Counted from the first letter of the stretch, positions 23,756 to 32,000 are shown. The stretch is 32,000 bases of DNA from Candidatus Methanoperedens sp. (GCA_027460535.1 JAPZAR010000031.1:30001-62000); one strand, 5' to 3'. Program-made: numbers and translations. The notes: a model not told the origin generated them from the letters alone.

Positions 23756-24637
23756 TTGCAAATCGGAGTCAGCGATATTCATACTCACACCATGTATTCA
23801 GGTTTTTCTGAATATTCGTTTTTATCATACCCGGACAGTGTGACCACTCCCAGGACATCCATCAAGGTCGCCGAAAAACTTGGGCTCAATGTTCTCTGCA
23901 TAACTGATCACAACACGATCAAAGGCGCAGTTCAAGCTCGGAAGTATAATAAAGAACTGGTGGTAATTGGTGAAGAAATCTCTTCTATCGATGGTGAAAT
24001 ACTGGGATTATTCCTTCAAGAGCAAATAAATCCGGGCTTAAGTGCGGAAGAAACGATAGAACAGATACATAGTCAGGATGGGATGGCCATTGCTCCGCAT
24101 CCTTTTAGCGCACATTGTTCGTGCATAGGCAAAAAAATGAACACGTTGAGATTAGATGGAATAGAAGTATTCAATGCATTACACAGGGACGGGTATTCAA
24201 ACGCTATCGCCCTTGAAAATTGTAACGGGAATGCGAAGCTTGGCGGAAGTGATGCGCATGCAAGTAACATGATAGGAAATGGTTATACTTTATTTGATGG
24301 ATATTCTCATGAAGATCTGCGGGCCAGCATAAAAAATAAGCAGACGATTTATGGTGGAAAAGTAGCACCTCTGTTTGAATTCGTCAATTATAGTGCCCGG
24401 GTAGCATATGAATCGTCAAAAACCATCCTGAATTTCAATGATGTAGATTGCCCCATGTCTGCCAGAATATCCAGGGTAAGAAATTCACGCAAATTCATGT
24501 ATTTGTTTGGTTCTATTTTGTATGCATTTTCACCACTACCGGTGGTTTGCACACTTATTGGAGATAGAATCTTGAAAAAGAAAGGAAGAAAAATATGGAG
24601 AGATGCCCACAGTTTTTCCTCTTTAGGAAAGGAATGA
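23756..24637 (+). CDS. PHP-domain metal-dependent phosphoesterase with C-terminal hydrophobic tail
   Basis: The motifs DIHTHTMYS, LCITDHNT, VIGEEIS, AIAPHPF and GGSDAHA are PHP-family metal-ligand motifs. The TTG start follows GAGG. Confidence 0.75.
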   Translation: MQIGVSDIHTHTMYSGFSEYSFLSYPDSVTTPRTSIKVAEKLGLNVLCITDHNTIKGAVQARKYNKELVVIGEEISSIDGEILGLFLQEQINPGLSAEETIEQIHSQDGMAIAPHPFSAHCSCIGKKMNTLRLDGIEVFNALHRDGYSNAIALENCNGNAKLGGSDAHASNMIGNGYTLFDGYSHEDLRASIKNKQTIYGGKVAPLFEFVNYSARVAYESSKTILNFNDVDCPMSARISRVRNSRKFMYLFGSILYAFSPLPVVCTLIGDRILKKKGRKIWRDAHSFSSLGKE

Positions 24638-24760
24638 TTCAAATTGGCATTTTTAGGGTAATGTTAGCATGGAATCATTCGACGAACTGACAATAATGCA
24701 ATCCGAAGCTTACGTTAGTGGACACTTCAATTAAATCATGCCTCCGATGAAGAGGGATCT

Positions 24761-26545
24761 ATGAGTGGCAGAAGAAACCTGAACAAAAATGACATAATTG
24801 CATTATCCGCAATCATATTAATCAGTCTTATCGCTTTGGTATCCTATGCGATAATAAATCAATCAAAAGAGCTTCCTCCAACATCAGCAGCGAAAAACAC
24901 AACAACTGGATCTCTTTTAGAATCATCAACTCCTGACCAGCTAAATCCAATAAATAAATTGCAGACGCAGCAAAATATATGCGCAGAAGCCGGCGAAACC
25001 CCCCTTGTAACTCAGCACAATGACAACAATCGCTCAGGTGCAAATCTGAACGAGGTCATCTTGAACACTTCTAACGTGAATCCGGCCCAGTTTGGCAAAT
25101 TGTACACACTCCAGGTGGATGGCCAGATCTACGCTCAACCTCTGTATCTATGCAATGTGAATATACCCAACCAGGGCATTCACAATGTAATATACATAGC
25201 CACAATGCACAACACTGTTTATGCCTTTGATGCTGATGACCCGAACGCCACTCTCCCGCTCTGGATGGCCTCTCTGGGGCCCTCTATACCTCTCCCGGAT
25301 CCAAACATAGGTCCACAGGAGGGGTATGTGGATATTACAGGAGAGGTAGGCATCGTCAGCACCCCGTACATCTCCCCGGAAAATAACACCATATATGTCG
25401 TTTCATCCAATAAAGATCCAAACAGTTCTGATGCTGGCTCATATTCTCATTGGCTTCATGCACTGGATATCAGTACTGGAGCAGAGAAATTGGGCGGACC
25501 TGTTAAGATAAGTGCAATTTATCCTGGAAATGGAGATGGTAGTATGGACGGAATTTTAAACTTCACCAGTCACAGACAGCTCCAGCGTTCAGCCCTGCTA
25601 TTATCCAATGGCATGATATACATAGCCTTTTCATCATATGATGATGTAACGCCATCCCACGGCTGGGTGATGTCATATTCCGCTAATACACTGAATCAGA
25701 CCGCTGTTTACGTTACAACACCGGACGATGTGCCGATCGGACCACAACTTCCAGGATTGGGGTCTATCTGGCAGGGCGGGCAGGGGCCGGCTGCAGATAG
25801 TTCAGGCAATATTTATTTCATTACCGGTAATGGCGATTTTAATGGCTTTTCTAATCCCATGCCAAGTGATCTGGGGGACAGTATCGTGAAGCTCACGCCA
25901 GAATTGAAGTTAGTTGACTGGTTCTCTCCTCACAATAATACCGAACTCAATGAGAACGATTTGGATTTTGGTTCTGGAGGAGCATTATTGATCCCGGGTA
26001 CTGACCTGCTGGTAGGCGGCGGAAAAGAAGCAAAGCTCTTCCTGATAGACAGGAATAATATGGGGCACTTCAATCCCAACAATGATAGTCAGATAGTTCA
26101 ACCTCCTTTTTCGGTTATCACGAAGTCAGATCCGCAGGATAACCACGAGCTTTTTGGAGGGCCTGTTTATTGGGATAGCCCCAATGGTTCCCTGGTCTAT
26201 GTATCACCCTCAGCTGCTCACGTGAAAGCTTATAGATTCGCTGCAGGCGTTTTCCAGCCTACCACTCCGGTTTCTGAGAGTAACATTACCTCTGTATCGG
26301 GTGGATGGATGTCAATATCAGCCAACGGCAGCATTCCTGGAACCGGGATCTTGTGGGTATCCGAGCTGAATGTACTCCATGCCTTCGATGCCTCAAATCT
26401 ACAAAATGAACTGTGGAATAGCGAGATGAATCCTCGTGACGATATTGGCGAGGCAGCGAAATTCTGTCCCCCCACTATCGCGAACGGCAAGGTTTACATG
26501 GCAAGCTTTTCTGGTGGAGTAGCAGTATATGGCCTCTTATCCTAA
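24761..26545 (+). CDS. membrane-anchored PQQ-like beta-propeller repeat protein
   Basis: The N-terminal TM is IIALSAIILISLIALVSYAI. QHNDNNRSGANLNEVILNTSNVNPAQFGKLYTLQVDGQIYAQPLYL...HNVIYIATMHNTVYAFDADD is a typical start of PQQ-like or BamB-like propellers. Repeated hydrophobic-G-D/N blades follow. Confidence 0.6.
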   Translation: MSGRRNLNKNDIIALSAIILISLIALVSYAIINQSKELPPTSAAKNTTTGSLLESSTPDQLNPINKLQTQQNICAEAGETPLVTQHNDNNRSGANLNEVILNTSNVNPAQFGKLYTLQVDGQIYAQPLYLCNVNIPNQGIHNVIYIATMHNTVYAFDADDPNATLPLWMASLGPSIPLPDPNIGPQEGYVDITGEVGIVSTPYISPENNTIYVVSSNKDPNSSDAGSYSHWLHALDISTGAEKLGGPVKISAIYPGNGDGSMDGILNFTSHRQLQRSALLLSNGMIYIAFSSYDDVTPSHGWVMSYSANTLNQTAVYVTTPDDVPIGPQLPGLGSIWQGGQGPAADSSGNIYFITGNGDFNGFSNPMPSDLGDSIVKLTPELKLVDWFSPHNNTELNENDLDFGSGGALLIPGTDLLVGGGKEAKLFLIDRNNMGHFNPNNDSQIVQPPFSVITKSDPQDNHELFGGPVYWDSPNGSLVYVSPSAAHVKAYRFAAGVFQPTTPVSESNITSVSGGWMSISANGSIPGTGILWVSELNVLHAFDASNLQNELWNSEMNPRDDIGEAAKFCPPTIANGKVYMASFSGGVAVYGLLS

Positions 26546-26747
26546 AGAAATGAGCTCATTTTGTTACAAGTAATACAACTTTCTTGTTTGCACCATTGTT
26601 CATAGTTCAATATTCACGCTTCGTTTGAACCTATGAAATGGAATTATAACTATTACCTTCATCTGAAGGCTCAGGTTTGCTCATAATAGATATTTGCCTA
26701 ACCAGAATAATTTTATGTGCCTAATCCCCATTAAAGATGTTCACATT

Positions 26748-27896
26748 ATGGAACCTACGAAAAACGAAACACTTCTCACAAGGAACTTTTTGCTGACCAG
26801 CTTTTCAACGGTTGCCATATTCACAAGCTTTTATTTTCTATTGGTCACACTGCCTATCTATATATTGCAACTCGGCGGAACGGAATCCCAGATAGGCCTC
26901 ATCATCGGCGTGTTTACTATCTCAGCCGTGCTCTTGCGCCCGTTCATGGGTCGCGAGGTGGACAGGCGAGGCAGGAAGAACATGCTTCTGGCAGGCTCGC
27001 TGGTGTTCCTTTTGTCCATGCTTCTCTACAACTATACCACAAGTGTCACTGCATTGCTGCTTCTGAGGGTTTTCCACGGCATCGGCTGGGGCGCTGCAAC
27101 TACGGCCGCAAGCACTCTGATAGCGGACATCGCACCGCCGAGCCGGAGGGGGGAGGCCATGGGCATCTACGGCATGTCATCCAACGTCGCCATGGCAATA
27201 GGCCCGGCATTGAGTTTCTGGTTGTTGTATGCTTCAGGGGTTCCTGATTTCCCGAGGCTCTTTGATGTAAGCGCATTGATAGCGCTCGTATCTCTATTAC
27301 TGGTTTTGCCCATAACTGAAACAGGCGCAGTGCATCCGAAAACGTCCCTTTTCAGCAAAGAGGCGCTTTTCCCATCGGCATTGATGTTCAGCGTTACGCT
27401 GACCTACGGTTCGATCGTATCTTTTCTATCTCTTTTAGCCCAGGAAAAGGGTATGGGGAATCCGGGAATATTTTTCACTGTATTCGCAGTCACTTTGGTC
27501 TTGGTCAGGGCACTTGCTGGCAAGCTTTCGGACAGCCGGGGGAGGAAGGCCGTGATCGTGCCCGGAATGCTCATAATCACCCTCGGGCTTTTTGTCCTCT
27601 CGATCGCGAACTCCTTCTCATTATTCATTGCCGCAGCCTTTTTATACGGGCTGGGTTTCGGTCTCGTTCATCCCACAATAATGGCACTTCTGGTCGATAG
27701 GGTGAGCGACAGGACGCGTGGCGCGGCTATGGGAACTTTCACAGCGGCCTTCGATCTTGGGATCGGGTTGGGTTCAATCGTGCTGGGAGTTGTGCTCCAA
27801 TATTTTGGTTTTATGGCAATGTACCTGCTGGGTGGGTTGATAGTGTTTGCAGCAGCGATATGGTTTATAGCAATGAAGGATAAGAAAGGGATGTAA
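26748..27896 (+). CDS. MFS transporter
   Basis: There are 12 predicted TM-like segments. The loop motif is RPFMGREVDRRGRKNMLL, and the second half carries GKLSDSRGRKAVIV. The ATG at 26748 is preferred over the TTG at 26694. Confidence 0.85.
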   Translation: MEPTKNETLLTRNFLLTSFSTVAIFTSFYFLLVTLPIYILQLGGTESQIGLIIGVFTISAVLLRPFMGREVDRRGRKNMLLAGSLVFLLSMLLYNYTTSVTALLLLRVFHGIGWGAATTAASTLIADIAPPSRRGEAMGIYGMSSNVAMAIGPALSFWLLYASGVPDFPRLFDVSALIALVSLLLVLPITETGAVHPKTSLFSKEALFPSALMFSVTLTYGSIVSFLSLLAQEKGMGNPGIFFTVFAVTLVLVRALAGKLSDSRGRKAVIVPGMLIITLGLFVLSIANSFSLFIAAAFLYGLGFGLVHPTIMALLVDRVSDRTRGAAMGTFTAAFDLGIGLGSIVLGVVLQYFGFMAMYLLGGLIVFAAAIWFIAMKDKKGM

Positions 27897-28870
27897 TGGA
27901 TCTTTTCTCTCACGCACTGCTTCCGTATCTGCTGGGGAATTTCACCAAACGAAGGAAAGAAGAGATTATCGCCTTTGTCCTCGGCGGGATAGCTCCTGAT
28001 ATTGATATTTTTCTCCTGTTGATCAACTATCTCTATCCCACTTCATTTCTGATCACCCACCGGGGCATTACACATTCCCTATTCTTTGGGTTTTTTGCAG
28101 GCCTTACTGTTCTTTATCTCGCGTCCCGCAATACGGTGAAAACCAGAGTCCAGAGGTACATTGATTTTGAACCAGTGGTCACGTTCCGCACCGTGATGTT
28201 CGCCTATGCAGGAGTGATAATCCATCTTTTCCTGGATTTTTCGACCACAAGAGGGGTTCCCTTTTTTTATCCCTTTGATGCTGCAAGATATTCTGCCGAG
28301 GTGTTTTTCTATACGGATACTTATCTCACAATATTAAGCCTGATAGTCCTGATAATCCTATACAAAAGACCTGTACAGAAGCATACAATAACTAAATTCC
28401 TGGCTCTTTTCCTGGTGGTATTCGCCATCCTTGGAGGACTTCGCATTGCCGAAAAAACCAGTGCTGAGAAGTTCTTCCAGGGTGAAAACCTGAGAGCATA
28501 TCCCACCGTGAGCATTTTTGAATGGTACGTGATCGGGCAAGATGGGGATAGGATAAGAATATATGAATACAACGGGTTTGCGGGAACATCAAATTACAAT
28601 CAGACCTTTTTGCGAATGAGCGTAATTTCGGGCGGGGAAAATCTGGAGGGTGCTCTAGATGTTGCAGGGAAACTGCCGCAGGTATACATGTTCAAGTGGA
28701 GAGCCTATGCAGTGGCAATCAATGCTACATCAAGCAACGGCGTATGGTACATTGATTACTATGATCCGTTACAGAGGGCAATGATACGGGGAGCCCCTGC
28801 TGCATTTTTCATGAGGATAAATGCTCCTCTCAGGGTAAAAGTGGAAGATGGAAAAGCAACGATATTATGA
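27896..28870 (+). CDS. membrane-bound metal-dependent hydrolase, YdjM/YbcI (DUF457) family, with extra C-terminal domain
   Basis: MDLFSHALLPYLLG, GGIAPDIDIF and HRGITHSLFFG match the DUF457 pattern. Its start overlaps the MFS stop by 1 nt (TAATG). Confidence 0.75.
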   Translation: MDLFSHALLPYLLGNFTKRRKEEIIAFVLGGIAPDIDIFLLLINYLYPTSFLITHRGITHSLFFGFFAGLTVLYLASRNTVKTRVQRYIDFEPVVTFRTVMFAYAGVIIHLFLDFSTTRGVPFFYPFDAARYSAEVFFYTDTYLTILSLIVLIILYKRPVQKHTITKFLALFLVVFAILGGLRIAEKTSAEKFFQGENLRAYPTVSIFEWYVIGQDGDRIRIYEYNGFAGTSNYNQTFLRMSVISGGENLEGALDVAGKLPQVYMFKWRAYAVAINATSSNGVWYIDYYDPLQRAMIRGAPAAFFMRINAPLRVKVEDGKATIL

Positions 28871-28906
28871 AAAGGGAAGAAGAAACCGTGCGAATAGAAT
28901 GCAATT

Positions 28907-29065
28907 TCAGGATTTTTGATACGCACTATCGATAAAGTCTTTATGTTGTTTTGACCAGATCTTATTTGGTGTTTTCTTTAGCCACTCAACGTACATGTCG
29001 ATGAATTCCAATCTTTCCTTGAAATTTTCCTCTTTTTCCTTTTTCAATGTTTCCAGATCAATCAT
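28907..29065 (-). CDS. small hypothetical ORF (52 aa)
   Basis: My own translation is MIDLETLKKEKEENFKERLEFIDMYVEWLKKTPNKIWSKQHKDFIDSAYQKS*. It is below the ORF-track size cut-off. A frameshifted fragment (...IKEIKYWSKKERTDTPAKSGSWTWDG*) precedes it. Whether it codes is unproven. Confidence 0.3.
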   Translation of the reverse strand: MIDLETLKKEKEENFKERLEFIDMYVEWLKKTPNKIWSKQHKDFIDSAYQKS

Positions 29066-29450
29066 CGTTCAACCGTCCCAGGTCCAGCTTCCACTTTTAG
29101 CAGGCGTATCTGTTCTTTCCTTTTTAGACCAATACTTTATCTCTTTAATATGTCTGCGGGATGTTCATTAGCTATCGTTGATGTCGACATTTTTACTAGT
29201 CCTTTTACAATAGTAACAGAGACTTCAAACTTTAATAACTTTCTGAAACGAAGGATGCAAAGTTTCAGGTATTCGAAGGCGGCGCAGCGTATCACTGGAA
29301 ACTCTCTTAAATTGTGGCTGCAAGAGAAATTACAGGAGCAGAATAAGAAGAATCAGCAAAAAAGTTCATATCAGTTCGCTGCTGATGAATCCACCGCAAA
29401 GGGCGCAAAGAACGCAAAGCGCAGAAGTATATTATAAAAATTATAAATCT

Positions 29451-29558
29451 GCGGCGCCTGTGCAAACCCCCGTGTAGCCGCCAGCCGCGCCACCCGCCTC
29501 CGTCGGCGCGCTAGGTAGGAGGGGCTGACATTCTATTGGAGTGGAGAAGCTGGCTAGC
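29451..29558. ncRNA. GC-rich structured element, candidate small RNA of unknown class
   Basis: A GC-rich stretch (GCGGCGCCTGTGCAAACCCCCGTGTAGCCGCCAGCCGCGCCACCCGCCTCCGTCGGCGCGCTAGGTAGGAGGGGCTG...) lies inside AT-rich non-coding DNA. Possible stems are GCGGC/GCCGC (29451-55 with 29477-81), CGCGCC/GGCGCG (29486-91 with 29505-10) and GCTAG/CTAGC (29510-14 with 29554-58). A TATA-like TATATTATAAAAATTATAAAT lies immediately upstream on the + strand. A T7 run lies at 29599-29605. Confidence 0.35.
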
Positions 29559-29637
29559 AATAATTGTAAATGCAATGGGATATTGGCAGAAAAACTTATT
29601 TTTTTATACATTGATAATATCTCTCATGCACAGCTAG

Positions 29638-29910
29638 CTAATCATTTTTTTGAATCCATTCCCAAATCCATTTAGGAAGCCAACCCTGTCGTTCGGAAAG
29701 ATCAAGTTTACATATAAAAATATGATCCTTAGGCCCAAGTAAGGGTTTTAGACGCTCATACCATTTTTGTGCCCCTCTGCTTGTTTTAACTATCCAACAA
29801 TTTGGAAGATATTGAATCCAATCCAATGCCTTATCGAATTTTTTCTTAAGAGCTTTTTGGTCAATATCACTATTGAAGTTAAAACTTATATGGAGAAATT
29901 GAGCACTCAC
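29638..29910 (-). CDS. hypothetical 90-aa protein (predicted alpha/beta fold)
   Basis: The ORF-track protein is MSAQFLHISFNFNSDIDQKALKKKFDKALDWIQYLPNCWIVKTSRGAQKWYERLKPLLGPKDHIFICKLDLSERQGWLPKWIWEWIQKND. Its GTG start overlaps the stop of the upstream disrupted frame (GTGA). I recognised no family. Confidence 0.45.
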   Translation of the reverse strand: MSAQFLHISFNFNSDIDQKALKKKFDKALDWIQYLPNCWIVKTSRGAQKWYERLKPLLGPKDHIFICKLDLSERQGWLPKWIWEWIQKND

Positions 29911-30225
29911 GATGTTTCCTCCGTTTCAAGTTCCTTTTCTGGAGGTTCAAGCGCATGACGAGGGTCAGTTTGAAGTTCTACTATCTTTGGAGGTTTTGGC
30001 AGGTTTTTAGCAGCAAGTTAAATTTTCTGATGATATAAAAGGAACTCTGCCCCTTCAAGAAGAGCAACATCGGGCCTCACTCGTGCAATTGAAAGAGATG
30101 TTTCGCACTGATATTATGAAAATAATAAAAATGAGAATCCCTAATCCAGCAGTTACGGGCCACCAATTTAATTCCCAAGCAATCGCTCCTATAGCAATTA
30201 TAGATATGATGGTAATCGTCGACAT
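29907..30225 (-). pseudogene. disrupted small 2-TM membrane protein gene
   Basis: The ATG is at complement 30223-30225. It gives MSTITIISIIAIGAIAWELNWWPVTAGLGILIFIIFIISVRN..., then a stop at 30055-30057. A second frame (...LSIARVRPDVALLEGAEFLLYHQKI*LAAKNLPKPPKIVELQTDPRHALEPPEKELETEETS*) is open apart from one TAA. That frame ends in the GTGA overlap with the 90-aa gene. The pattern is consistent with a frameshift plus a nonsense mutation. Confidence 0.45.
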
Positions 30226-30423
30226 CTTTCCCACGACACCCGACCTAACTTAATGCGACCCACAGACTCCGATCCTATCCCAAATTTCTCTAGTATTTCA
30301 AACATATCCATAGATAATATCCAGTTCTTTATCTTTGTTTACCATTATTAGCGTTTTGGATAAGATAGTGGTATCTTTTTATGGCTCAGAACTTTCCTCA
30401 CTTTCACTCCGCTCTCCTAACCC

Positions 30424-30461
30424 TTTTTAACCCTTACGCCCTCTTTACTATCCATGAACTT
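30424..30461 (+). repeat. 38-bp direct repeat, left copy (duplicate of mre11 5' region)
   Basis: TTTTTAACCCTTACGCCCTCTTTACTATCCATGAACTT matches 31390-31427 at 32 of 38 positions, with a perfect 3' block ATCCATGAACTT. Confidence 0.8.
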
Positions 30462-30478
30462 TAACAAAGGGAAATAAC

Positions 30479-31327
30479 ATGGATTCAAAAGAAGCGCTGG
30501 TAGTTTTCGAGGGAGCTAAAATAAGACGAACATGGCACGATAACCAGTGGTATTTCTCAGTGGTTGATATCGTTGGAGCTTTGACAGACAGCGTTGATGC
30601 AAAAGACTACTGGTACAGGCTGAAAAAAAGAGAATTGGAGTCAAGCGGAATCGAGTTATCGACAATTTGTCGACAACTGAAAATACAATCATCTGACGGT
30701 AAGAAATACGAAACTGATTGCGCAAACACTGAATCCATGTTCAGGATAATCCAGTCTATCCCCTCAAAAAAAGCAGAGCCGTTCAAACGATGGCTGGCAA
30801 AAGTAGGATACGAAAGGATACAGGAAATAGAAAATCCCGAACTGGCGCAGGACAGGGCGAAAGAGTATTATGAACTCAAAGGATATCCAGAAGACTGGAT
30901 AGAAAAAAGGCTACGGGGGATAGCCATCAGGCAAGAGCTTACTGATGAATGGGAAGAAAGAGGGGTTGCTGAAAAAAGAGATTTTGCGATCCTCACAAAT
31001 GAGATTTCCAAAGCAACTTTCGGAAAATCGATCAAGGAACATAGAAAAATAAAAAACCTGGACCCCGCGAATAAAAACCAGAACCTGAGAGACCACATGA
31101 CTGACCTGGAATTGATTTTCTCCATGCTTGGAGAGAAATCAACAACAGAAATCACCAGATCCAGGGACTCCAAAGGATTTGAAGAGTGCCTTGACTCTTC
31201 AGAAGAGGGCGGGAAGATCGCAGGGAATGCAAGGAAAGAGCTTGAGATGAAAACAGGGAGAAAAGTGGTAAGTTCTGAGAATTTTCTATGTATCACAGGG
31301 AAAAAAGAAAATCAGAAGTTGAAATAA
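30479..31327 (+). CDS. Bro-N domain protein (phage antirepressor-like, widely mobile family)
   Basis: LVVFEGAKIRRTWHDNQWYFSVVDIVGALTDS...YW..LKKRL is a Bro-N-type N-terminus. The conserved core follows: CANTESMFRIIQSIPSKKAEPFKRWLAKVGYERIQEIENPELAQDRAKEYYELKGYPEDWIEKRLRGIAIRQELTDEW...AILTNEISKATFG...NLRDHMTDLELIF. Confidence 0.8.
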   Translation: MDSKEALVVFEGAKIRRTWHDNQWYFSVVDIVGALTDSVDAKDYWYRLKKRELESSGIELSTICRQLKIQSSDGKKYETDCANTESMFRIIQSIPSKKAEPFKRWLAKVGYERIQEIENPELAQDRAKEYYELKGYPEDWIEKRLRGIAIRQELTDEWEERGVAEKRDFAILTNEISKATFGKSIKEHRKIKNLDPANKNQNLRDHMTDLELIFSMLGEKSTTEITRSRDSKGFEECLDSSEEGGKIAGNARKELEMKTGRKVVSSENFLCITGKKENQKLK

Positions 31328-31389
31328 TGACTTATGATATCAGAAATCATCATAACAAAATCCTCTCTTCCGTCCATCTCCCACAACAA

Positions 31390-31427
31390 TTTTTAACCAT
31401 AACGACCTTTTAACAATCCATGAACTT
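31390..31427 (+). repeat. 38-bp direct repeat, right copy (native mre11 promoter/5' end)
   Basis: TTTTTAACCATAACGACCTTTTAACAATCCATGAACTT includes the mre11 ATG at 31420. Confidence 0.8.
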
Positions 31428-32000
31428 CATCCATGCAAGTGATTTTCATCTGGGGTATGCACAATATGGTCTCCTCGAGCGTTTCCAGGACTATGCCCGC
31501 GCCTTCAGAACGGTCATTCAGTACGCAATCGACCACAAAGCAGATTTCATACTCATTTCTGGCGACCTTTTCCATAAAAGAAACATAAACGCACCCACCT
31601 ATGAGCAAGCTTATAAAGTTCTCTCTGAACTCAAAGCAAAGAGCCCATCCACACAGGTCTATGCCATAGAAGGGAACCACGACCTCGCTTTCCACCAGGA
31701 TGGGAAGAGCTGGCTTGAGATACTGAATTCCCAGGGTCTGTTAAGGCTCATAAGGTTGAAAGAGGCTGAGGGCCTTAAATACATGGGGGATTTTGTTGAG
31801 CTGGATAATGCACGCATCTTTGGTGTAAAATACCTTGGCTCAAGCACAGTCTCCGTAATCCCCAAGATGGCAGAAGAGATAAAACAAATAACGACAGCGC
31901 GCGGTGAAAAATTCACAATACTTATGATGCACTTTGGCATGGAAGGACAGGCAAAGCAGGAGGCTGCAGGCGAGATCCCTTATACGTCTCTTTTGCCCCT
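31420..32000 (+). CDS. mre11: DNA double-strand-break repair nuclease Mre11 (SbcD-family metallophosphoesterase), 3' end beyond window
   Basis: My own translation is MNFIHASDFHLGYAQYGLLERFQDYARAFRTVIQYAIDHKADFILISGDLFHKRNINAPTYEQAYKVLSEL...VYAIEGNHDL...ILMMHFGMEG. It has phosphoesterase motifs I-IV (DxH, GDLFH, GNHD, MxH). The frame stays open to the window end, so it is absent from the ORF track. Confidence 0.85.
   Translation, partial: MNFIHASDFHLGYAQYGLLERFQDYARAFRTVIQYAIDHKADFILISGDLFHKRNINAPTYEQAYKVLSELKAKSPSTQVYAIEGNHDLAFHQDGKSWLEILNSQGLLRLIRLKEAEGLKYMGDFVELDNARIFGVKYLGSSTVSVIPKMAEEIKQITTARGEKFTILMMHFGMEGQAKQEAAGEIPYTSLLP

Noticed and set aside
29064-29071. A further ATCGTTCA octamer matching the right arm of the 32-nt element
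   Set aside because: This is an isolated 8-mer without the left arm or the TATA-like core, and it overlaps a small-ORF start on the other strand. It is compatible with chance occurrence in 32 kb.
29150-29437. 95-aa + strand ORF in the decayed islet
   Set aside because: It has no ribosome-binding site and a low-complexity K/Q-rich product. It overlaps the CGCAAAG repeats and frameshifted minus-strand fragments, so it is probably non-coding.
29451-29530. Possible tRNA or tRNA fragment in the GC-rich island
   Set aside because: On neither strand could I find an acceptor stem pairing with a 3' end, a T-loop (GTTCRANYC-like) or a D-arm consensus. It is retained only as an unclassified ncRNA candidate.
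31393-31940. Minus-strand ORFs 31393..31695 and 31659..31940
   Set aside because: They are antisense to the + strand Mre11 frame, which shows all the phosphoesterase motifs. The Mre11 frame is missing from the ORF track only because it has no stop inside the window.
1-32000. CRISPR arrays, rRNA genes, transposases/integrases and known defence-system genes
   Set aside because: I saw no regularly spaced direct repeats, rRNA-like sequence, DDE/tyrosine-recombinase-like ORFs or recognisable defence domains when reading both strands. The only mobile-element signature is the Bro-N insertion.

Overview
The window looks like chromosomal DNA from a euryarchaeon, plausibly a cytochrome-rich Methanosarcinales or ANME-2d/Methanoperedens-like organism. 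This taxonomic call is inference. It rests on one clear PGF-CTERM archaeosortase signal, an FrhB (F420) family gene, a secreted pentaheme cytochrome, Shine-Dalgarno-led genes and TATA-like promoters. About 35 genes are supportable.

Gene content in order:
- 1-4.6 kb: a truncated MFS exporter, a nitroreductase, a flavin reductase-like protein, a membrane protein, and an ArsR-wHTH/RDD fusion.
- 4.8-8.5 kb: a putative redox operon of membrane protein, 2x[4Fe-4S] ferredoxin, FrhB-like protein and pentaheme cytochrome.
- 8.5-11.3 kb: singletons, including an isochorismatase-family hydrolase and a He_PIG lipoprotein.
- 11.4-23.6 kb: the most unusual block (described below).
- 23.7-28.9 kb: a PHP phosphoesterase, a PQQ-like beta-propeller, an MFS transporter and a YdjM-like hydrolase.
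- 28.9-31.4 kb: a decayed accessory islet with a GC-rich candidate ncRNA and frameshifted small genes. It also holds a Bro-N gene flanked by 38-bp direct repeats that duplicate the start of the downstream mre11 gene.

The 11.4-23.6 kb block holds two paralogous MacB-type ABC cassettes, each ordered ATPase, three-domain Ig-like surface protein, FtsX permease. They are accompanied by:
- a novel secreted-protein family sharing an HGFALN motif;
- a PGF-CTERM monoheme protein with Met/Gly/Asn repeats;
- a membrane-tethered wHTH regulator;
- three copies of a conserved 32-nt promoter/operator element, each preceded by a 3' remnant of the regulator gene.

One of these promoter copies now sits upstream of a compositionally foreign G1 (eqolisin) glutamic peptidase gene. 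No rRNA, canonical tRNA, CRISPR array or transposase was found.
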